Part shown: positions 55,223 through 64,000 of the stretch, one piece after another
Layout of the letters: each line of letters starts with the position of its first letter
Position numbering within the stretch: position 1 is the first letter of the stretch
DNA from: Eledone cirrhosa
Taxonomy: Eukaryota
NCBI GenBank assembly: GCA_964016885.1
Contig: OZ024746.1
Span: 4,030,001-4,094,000, forward strand
DNA: 64,000 nucleotides
Direction of reading: 5' to 3'
Position numbers and translations under genes: made by a program
Notes under the pieces: generated by a model
Told to the model about the DNA's origin: nothing
Seen by the model: the letters and a program-made list of their open reading frames with translations, nothing else
Databases searched by the model: none

Positions 55223-55830
55223 GTCAGGTCACCAGTTGGTGCTACTGGTAACATGTATCCCAGTACAACCTGTCTCATGGTCGGGTCATTGGCGACTAAA
55301 CTGGCAACCCCACCAAGGTTTCTTGGTGAGGAGGGTGACATTGGACATCCTGCAGAACTAAAAACAAAACCTGTCAAAGGGCAAAGGAGCTCTTAAGAGT
55401 CAATGGCCATCCAAAATCACCGGGAGAGATGACCCCTTAGCTTTTGTCAAGGCAGAATTCTAGGAGAAGGAAAACTCTGCTATAACACCTGCAACCCTGA
55501 TGGTATCCAATGATGTTGACTTGTTCTTCTTTTTGGTAAATATCATCTTGGTTAAGAAAGTGGGACTGGCTTTGTGCAGTGCCTTTGCTCACTATAAAAG
55601 CTTCACGGCACAGGCATTGCTTTATATCTGGATATCTCTCTGCACTTGTCGTCACATGGTACCATGGGCCCAGCACTATGTGTCAATGATTGTCACAAGT
55701 GTAGTGTTTGTTCCAAAGTTTTCAAGTCGCTGGCTGGACTAAAAAGTTACACTCGTTCAGCGCATCGGTAGGGGTTCTCCTACATGGATATAAAGTAGTG
55801 GCCGTACTCGAAAACGAGTTGGCAGCTACC
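55223..55830 (+). mobile_element. Non-autonomous bipartite RTE-like element, copy 2
   Basis: Inverted copy of 3531-4138; CSVCSKVFKSLAGLKSYTRSAHR* near the 3' end; (ATGT)n on both sides. Confidence 0.7.
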
Positions 55831-56239
55831 ATGTATGTATGTATGAGTGTGTGTGTGCATGCATGCACGTATGTATGTAGGTATGTATGTATTTATGTAT
55901 GTATATATGTGTTATGTATATATACATACGTTCATGTTGTATGCATGCACGTATGTGTGTATGTATGTATGTATGTATGTATGTATGTGTGTGTGTATGT
56001 ATGTATGTATGTATGTATGTTTGTATGAGTGTATGTATGGATGTGTGTGTGTATTATGTATTTATGTATTTATGTATTTATGTATGCATGTGTTATGTAT
56101 ATATACATAGGTACATGTTAGTTGTATATGTGTATGTGTGTTCGCCTTGTATGCAAAACTAGAAACGAAATATCCAAAGTTGCAATACTTTCGCTAATAT
56201 TTATAGACATGGTTATATTATACCTCCCGAGTGGTTCCA

Positions 56240-56641
56240 TCTAGACTATAACCTTACATAACATTACATTCAGCCCTCCATATATCTATCTAGATTATAA
56301 CCTTACATAATATTACATTCAGCCCTCCATATATCCATCTAGATTATAACCTTACATAACATTACATTCAGCCCTCCATATATCTATCTAGACTATAACC
56401 TTACATAACATTACATTCAGCCCTCCATATATCTATCTAGACTATAACCTTACATAACATTACATTCAGCCCTCCATATATCTATCTAGACTATAACCTT
56501 ACATAACATTACATCCAGCCCTCCATATATCTATCTAGACTATAACCTTACATAACATTACATTCAGCCCTCCATATATCTATCTAGATTATAACCTTAC
56601 ATAACATTACATTAAGCCCTCCATATATCTATCTAGATTAT
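56240..56641. repeat. 49-bp minisatellite x8
   Basis: tctagactataaccttacataacattacattcagccctccatatatcta. Confidence 0.97.
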
Positions 56642-56689
56642 AGTTATTGTTTGTACAGCTTCAGAAAAACAATTATCTCGTTTCAATAT

Positions 56690-56880
56690 AATTGTTTCTA
56701 CTTTTAGCACAAGACCAGCAATTACCCAGTACATTGCTGGTACTCTATTTTATCGACCCCGTATGGATGAAAGGCAAAGTTAACCTCGGCGGGATTTGAA
56801 CTCAGAATGGCAAGGGTCGTAACTCTATGCGTCAAAGCATGGCATCCGACCCTCATCCGATACTGCCAATCCACAGCCCT
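56690..56880 (-). mobile_element. Full-length Nin/Deu-core SINE
   Basis: Family match. Confidence 0.9.
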
Positions 56881-57031
56881 TGATTATATATTGGCAACAG
56901 ATAAGATATCTAAATCGACGACAACTGTTCTGTTATAGAATTAGTACAAGAGCTAACCTACAAAGAAATATAAGTATTGTATTATTATGGTTGTAGTTAT
57001 TAGGTAAATAGAATAGATACTGTTGGTCACA

Positions 57032-57221
57032 GGGCGGTAGATTGGCAGTATCGGTAGAGGGTGGGACGCCATGCTTTGACGCATAGAGTTACGGCCCTTG
57101 CCATTCTAAGTTCAAATCCCGCCGAGGTTAACTTTGCCTTTCATCCTTACGGGGTCGATAAAATAACGTACCAGTAATACACTGGGTATTTGCTGGCCTT
57201 GTGCCAAAAGTAGAAACAATT
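57032..57221 (+). mobile_element. Full-length tRNA-derived SINE with Nin/Deu-like core (reference copy)
   Basis: A box tggcagtatcgg, B box gttcaaatcc, core cctttcatccttacggggtcgataaaat..gtaccag. Confidence 0.9.
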
Positions 57222-57236
57222 ATAATAAAAGAACAA

Positions 57237-57635
57237 CGGCGGTGGGTTAGCAGTATCGGTAGAGCGCCGGACATTATGCTTCGCAGCAAATAGTTACAGC
57301 CCTTTACGTTCTGAGTTCAAATCTCGAAAGCACCAGTAATGCACTGGGGTCTATTTAAGCGACTTTCCACTCCCACAAAATTGTTGACCTTGAAACTATT
57401 ATCTAAATGTCCACAGAGCGGTGAATTAGCAGTATCGGTAGAGCATCGGACAACAAGTATTGCGGCATATAGTTTGTGTGTTCAAATCTCTCCGAGGTTA
57501 ACTTTGGCCTTCATCCCCTTTCAGGGCCGATAAAATAAGGTACCAGTAATGCACTGGGGTCAATTTAATCGACTTTGCCCCCCCCCCCCCCCCAAAAAAA
57601 AAGATTGCTGGCCTTGTGCCTAAATCAGAAACTAT
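57237..57635 (+). mobile_element. Two further tandem, diverged SINE copies
   Basis: Heads at ~57238 and ~57417 (gcggt...tagcagtatcggtagagc). Confidence 0.75.
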
Positions 57636-57866
57636 TATATTTCAAACACACTAACCAGGTAACGTTAATGGTGACACTTAACATTCAGTATGTGGAGTCA
57701 GACACATTTATAAAGAATATCCAAACTTGAGACAGTACTCAATCTCTAGTGGAATATATAGCTATTTATTACATAACTGTTTCTACGTTAGGCACAAGGC
57801 CAGCAATACCCAGTACATTACTGGTACTTTATTTTATAATTTTATTACATAATGGTGTTCTATACT

Positions 57867-57998
57867 GAGTCCAGAAATAGCCGCCGAAACGGCTTGAGGT
57901 CTGCCGTCGGGGTCTTGCACCTTTTCCTATGATCCACTCTACTACCCAAAGTATCGAGTACTCACGTAATGGTCCACCTGGTTCCTTACCACACTTCC
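57867..57998 (+). mobile_element. Family A element, single arm
   Basis: gtccagaaatagccgccGAAACggc...gccGTCggggtc plus tail. Confidence 0.75.
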
Positions 57999-58054
57999 AA
58001 TGTTTCCGTTGGTCTTTCCAATTGCTAATACTATCTATCGGTCGCAACTCCAGG

Positions 58055-58178
58055 TAGAAGGAGCAACGTGAAATAAAGTGTCTTGCTCAAGGACATAACG
58101 CATCGCCTGGTCCAGGAATCGAACTCACAACCTCACGATTGCGAATCCAATTCTCTAACCACTCAGCCACACGCCTTC
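58055..58178 (-). mobile_element. tRNA/CORE-like SINE 5' part
   Basis: Minus strand: aaggcgtgtggctgagtggttagag...gagttcgattcctgg...ttgagcaagacactttatttc. Confidence 0.75.
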
Positions 58179-58232
58179 ACTATATATATATATATATATT
58201 ATATGTGTATATATATGTATATGTATATATAT

Positions 58233-58390
58233 ATAGGAACAAGTAAGACCCCGACGGCTGAGCTCAAGCCGTTTCGACGGCTAATTCTGTGTCGGGGTCT
58301 CACTTGTTCCTATTACCCACTCTACTACCCTAAGTATTGAGTACTTTGGTGCGTTATGGTCCACCTGGTTCCTTACCACATTTCCTTCGT

Positions 58391-58391
<1 letters not shown>
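58233..58391 (+). mobile_element. Family A fold-back element with central deletion
   Basis: Short arm intact; long arm resumes at gtcggggtc; TA flanks. Confidence 0.75.
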
Positions 58392-58430
<39 letters not shown>

Positions 58431-58862
58431 AAAGTTAAACAATATAAATATTGAGTTTTGTCATATATTACTCACTACCATGACTGAATATTAACCATCT
58501 ACTATGTCAGGGTATGTCATGCATCCTCTTATTTTATCTGATGAGGACGTACTTTTGAAGTTAACTCAATAAAATATACTTCATCACAAGAATATCTATT
58601 TTGTTAATATTTTGAATTAATATCATATCCACACTAAGCAGACACACATACACACATACATACACACACACATACATACATACACACACACATACATACA
58701 CACACACACACATACATACACACACACATACATACACATGTACACTATCAGTTGGAAATGACGACATGAAAGAGACAGTCACATATCGAGGATATTGTGC
58801 TCAGCTGTGAATCGATTGAATAGTGGAAGAATGTATATACAGTGTATATAGGACTAGCTGAG

Positions 58863-58938
<76 letters not shown>

Positions 58939-59109
58939 TCGTCTATAGTAGATCACGACTGTAGTAATATTGTCATATCCCAGCTTTTATGGGTGTATGT
59001 ATGAATGTATACGTATGTAAGTATGTATGCATGTATATATATGTATATGTATGATATGTATGTATGATCTGTGTGTGTATGTATGTGTATATGTGTATGT
59101 GTATATTTT

Positions 59110-59730
59110 TTAAGGGTGGCAGTAGAGTGAGAGACCCTTAATCTTCATTAAGACATCTCTCTAGGAGGCCACTCTGATAGAAAACATGTGACTTCGTTTA
59201 CATCCAATGATGTAGACCAGTTTTGGGTACATACATTCGATGTTCAGAGAGTGGGATTGGCTCCGTGCAAAGCCTTTCCTCACTTAAAAAGAAACTTCAA
59301 GCACGGGCACCACTTGATATCTGACATTTTTTGCGATGCATGGCATTGCTGGCCATAGGCAAGTCCCTAGCAGGATTGAAAAGCCACGTCCGTGATGCTC
59401 ATGTTTAAGTATCAAGCGATGGCATTACTTGAAATCGAGTGAAGGACCCCTAGCCTTTGTCAGGGCATTCTTCTAGGAGAAGGCAACTCAGGAAACTGGG
59501 ATAACTCCGACATAAAACCTGCGGCTCAGTAGTTACCGATGATGTTGATCTTTTCTTCTTTTCGGGTTATAGCTACTGTCTCTCAGAGAGTGGGATTGGC
59601 TCAGTGCACAGTCTTTCCTCATTTAAAAAAAATCTTCACACACAGACATTGCATGGTGGCATTAATTGATAATTATTGATAATGTTATATCGTGCAATGG
59701 GCATACTCGATAACGAGGGGGCAGCCATCA
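59110..59730 (+). mobile_element. Diverged relative of the bipartite RTE-like element
   Basis: gacccctagcctttgtcagggca..ttctaggagaagg; 3' end catactcgataacgagggggcagcca; internal duplication. Confidence 0.6.
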
Positions 59731-59995
59731 TATATGTATATATCATATATCAACACAAATCCAACAGATATTATCTACATATACTGTAGTCCAACCAGTG
59801 AAACTATATTATGTTAAACTTCGTTGAGAATCGTTTATGTTGCTATAGGTTACAGGGACTAATGTAACGTACAATATAAATCCTTTTTTCTCCCAAATTC
59901 ACTGTTTTACTTAATATTTCTCTTGTGATTCCTCCCTTTGTTTGTTGCCTTTTTAAAATCCTGGTATTGCAATATCATTAAAACGCACACACATA

Positions 59996-60028
<33 letters not shown>

Positions 60029-60256
60029 GTGTCTGTGTGTGTGTATCTATCTGTAGGTGAACATTTTGTTTTGACATTGCAGCAAGACCAGTATAAATTA
60101 GAACAAATATACGTGTATCTAGTCTCTCCCCCCCCTCTCTCTCTCTTTCTATCTATCTATCTGGTATATATATATATATATATATACTCTAAGAGAAGCA
60201 TATGTGAATATCTGATTACTTCACCTTAGTGAAAAGCACATACACTCTCTCTATAT

Positions 60257-60295
<39 letters not shown>

Positions 60296-61255
60296 CACAC
60301 AAAGTTAATTCTCCAGACACTCGCATATGCTTCTCCTGGAAGATATACAGCTTTTAAATATATAGTTAGTTAATTTCTGCAACAGAATCCCATTATCAAA
60401 TATTTAGAACGAAGAATTTCAAGAAGTTTTCTGAGAGTAATTTAAATGGCTTCGAATTGTGGGTCTCCATTAAGAAATTACACTTGTCTTTACTCTACAT
60501 TATCTATTGTTCATACCCTTTCAGCTGTCGTCTGCTCATTGATTTATTCAAGCTATTTTCGCGCTAAATACCTCTCTGGTGGAATTGTATATTTATTATA
60601 ACTATCCTTTATTCAAATTTCATCTATAGTTCTATCACATCTTTTAATGTTTCTTTGTTTAATTATTGAACTTTTTCTTTTCTTAATCATTATTGGCTCA
60701 TATATTTGTTTAACTGCTCTAAGTAATTTGTATTCTTTGTTCAATATCATTTAGTTAATTTTCATTTATTTTCAAAGATGAGAAATCATTTGAATCAGAA
60801 TGAATTTTCAGAGTTTGTATTTTGATATGTGACAGAGGAGACATAAGAACATAAGAACAGACCTTCTCAGTGATCTTCTTATGAAAGCTTTCTTAAAGTT
60901 CTTTCACTCAAGACGATTTGATGTATTAGTAAACACCTACATCCCCCATAAACAAATGTATGTATGTATGTATGTATGCATGTATGTATGTATGTATGTA
61001 TGTATGTATGTATGTATGTATGTATGTATGTATGTATGTATGTATGTATGTATGTGTGTCTCTCGCTTTCTCTTTCACTCTCTCTCTCTATATATATGTG
61101 TGTGTGTGTGTGTGCGCATATATATATACAACATTTTGTTAAATTCACAGTTTCATGTGTTGAAAAAGCGCATTTCGCCGGGGAAATTGTTATTTCCGCT
61201 GCTTGGCAATTCGCGATCTTTGTTATATTAAATTTACAACATTATATATATAAAC

Positions 61256-61328
<73 letters not shown>

Positions 61329-61442
61329 CATATAAATATATATATATATACATATAAATATATACATATATATGTATGTATATAATTATATATATATGTT
61401 CTTAGGTAAAAGAAAATATAGGAGGATTAATTCATTATGATT

Positions 61443-61625
61443 TTATTCCACATATTCCCCTCTCAGATTCACATACTTATTGCAGCAGTCCTTCAGTTTT
61501 TCTAAGCCCTGTAAAACGAACTCAGAAGGTTGGTCCTCCAATTAGGCCTCTGTAGCAGCGATGAAGCTCTGAACATTTCAGCAGCCCTTCGTATGGGGAT
61601 TGGGAAAGAAGATTGTGAGATCTAT
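61443..61625 (-). pseudogene. Mariner transposase C-terminal fragment
   Basis: DQPSEFVLQGLEKLKDCCNKYVNLRGEYVE*. Confidence 0.75.
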
Positions 61626-62114
61626 TGTCCTCTGTACTCGATTATTGATAAGTAGCGCAGGATTTGTCATACATCCATCAATATTCTACTACTGCTATAT
61701 CTGCGACCTCTCTCTCTTTTACTCTCTCATTCCCTCTTTTTGATGCTCTTTACTCCAACCCCCATTGATATTATCTCTCTCTCTCTCTCACCTTTCTATC
61801 TCTGTCATTCTCACTCTCATTTCTCTACTCTACCACTCTCCCTACCCTATCTTTTCTTCACCCCACTTCGGTTGTCACTAGCTTCTGTCTTTCTACACAA
61901 CAGCTCACTTAACCTTTCACTTTATCCCCAACAGTCTCTATTTTTCTTACTTTCTCACTTCTCCACAACGTTACTTTCACAATTCTATATACCACAAAGT
62001 ATTTTGTCTGAGGCTCTACCGACTCAGCCAGTCACCGTTTTGGTTATAATAGTAATTAGTACAAAATCAATTTATCGAAAAGTACTTGATAAAATTACAA
62101 GTCAGTCAATCATA

Positions 62115-62420
62115 TTGGTGGCCTCCCCACAGCCCCGGCGGACAGGATGGAGAAGGCGTTTCCCCGGAGGACGGCAAGAGAGATGCGCTGGAAAAGCCAT
62201 TCCAACTCGTGAGGCTCACACCTGCGGCTGGCCAGCTCAGCGCCTATGGTGGTGAGTAGGGAGGTAGCCCTAGGGCCGAGGACAACAGAAGTCTCCACTG
62301 CCAAGGGTACGACCGCAAACCTGTCGGAGAGCGAACGGTATTTTGGAGAGTTTGGCCTTCTCAGCCCGACGTGCAGCAGAACCTGGGTTAGTCGCAGACT
62401 GCACCTGGTTGTGGGTCACT
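62115..62420 (-). mobile_element. CRE-like 3' fragment
   Basis: AVETSVVLGP...WLFQRISLAVLRGNAFSIL. Confidence 0.7.
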
Positions 62421-62559
62421 CTACGGTGCCTTCTCTTATTTTGTCCCGATATCCGTGTCATATTGGTCAGTCTGATGTTTAACTTGATTTAACCTCTCAC
62501 ATTGTTCAATTACCTATCCCTTCTTCCCTTTATTACCCTCTTTCAATTTACATCGTCTT

Positions 62560-62652
<93 letters not shown>

Positions 62653-63416
62653 TAAATGAAAATAGAGAAATTAATGTGAGCAAGAAGCCAACAGTATTTC
62701 ATAATATATAAGAGACTATAACGTCAAAATGGAAAATAATTAACGTAAGATATGGGAAAATAATTCAAACTCAATTAAAAAAAAATCAAGACAGATTTTA
62801 TCCGCAGATTTTGTGAAATCCAGGGAAAAAACCAATAGAGTCTTAACTCAGAATAAAATAAAGTTTAAATACTCATCCTTCAATTTGGAAAAACAACAAA
62901 TGCTCTATATAGTCTTAAAAAGACTATTTCACGAAACTTTTCAGTGGGATTGGTCACGGTTGGAACCGTTCCTCAGTAGAGCTCAAACACGATAACCCAA
63001 AACACTGCCAAAATATGCCAAAAAGGGAATTTAAAAGCTGGCTAGTTCACCTCGTGCTGAATTATGAAAATAAACACACATGGAGAGACATGGCTGGTGA
63101 CGTCAGAATGAGACGAATGTCTATTTACAAGAAACAACAGTCAAAAACATTCCGAAAAAACTCTACAAAATGTAAGGAGTTCAGCAAAATAGCAATATTA
63201 TCGCGGTTTATATATATATATATCCGCTCCACTCACTCCCCTATTGTTCTACAGGCAAGTTCAGCCACCCCTACCTCCCACTAAATGCCATGATAGACTT
63301 ATTTGTGTTTACAACAAATTTTAACCAATCCTCTTGACAACTACAATCTTTCCATATAAGGAAGTACCCCCTTGACAAGTTCGGCTATTTATTCACCAGG
63401 CTAAACATTCTAATTT

Positions 63417-63553
63417 AGTCCAGAAATAGCCGTCGAAACGGCTTGAGCTCTGCCGTCGGGGTCATACTTTTTCCTATTTCCCACTCTACTACCCTAAATA
63501 TTGAGTACTCTGGTGCGTTATGGTCCATCTGGTTCCTTACCACAATTCCTTTG

Positions 63554-63556
<3 letters not shown>
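63417..63556 (+). mobile_element. Family A element, single arm
   Basis: agtccagaaatagccgtcGAAACggcttgagctctgccGTCggggtc plus tail, then (TA)n. Confidence 0.8.
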
Positions 63557-63607
<51 letters not shown>

Positions 63608-63613
<6 letters not shown>

Positions 63614-63846
63614 TAATTATGTAATAAACAACATAAGACAATTATTCCATTTACGAAGACAGACGAGCTCAACAGAGACGTCTTAAATCGCTCATCAGAA
63701 CCAGACGTCTCTGTTGAGCTCGTCTGTCTTCGTGAAACCTTTGGTAAATGGAATAATTGTCTTATGTTGTTTATTACATAATTAAATAACTCTGTAGCAT
63801 ACATAGAGCACTCTCCTTTCCTTTACCTTCCCTACGGAAATACTTC
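63608..63846 (+). mobile_element. Family C fold-back element, copy 2
   Basis: Inverted arms homologous to 39050-39340. Confidence 0.8.
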
Positions 63847-64000
63847 ATATATATATATTGTGAAAATATTTTTCATAATTAAATTGAAGCCAATATATAT
63901 ACCGCTGTAAATAAGGTACTCAATATAGAGTGTAAATAACAAATTTAATAAATAAATAGCTTCTACAGAACTAGAACTGTTACATTCGAAGGAAATCATC

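Overview
AT-rich, microsatellite-dense eukaryotic DNA with no recognisable host gene. The repeat content (tRNA-derived SINEs with a Nin/Deu-like core, Dong/R4, RTE, CRE-like and Penelope-like retroelements) looks like an octopus or other cephalopod intron/intergenic region; this is an inference. The only real long ORF is a 5'-truncated Dong/R4-clade RT plus restriction-like endonuclease sitting in a (TAA)n tract; most other ORF-track entries are translated microsatellites. The most striking feature is a dense set of short (~150-350 bp) elements, mostly bounded by (TA)n tracts. They belong to at least five sequence families, carry type I hammerhead ribozyme (HHR) motifs or half-motifs, and many are asymmetric fold-back hairpins whose turning point lies in or next to the ribozyme. 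Degenerate Penelope RT and GIY-YIG fragments lie nearby. Also present: a 2.2-kb 22-bp satellite, a bipartite non-autonomous RTE-like element in (ATGT)n, an RTE copy with twin-priming geometry, MITEs and several minisatellites. All structures were read by eye and boundaries are approximate.
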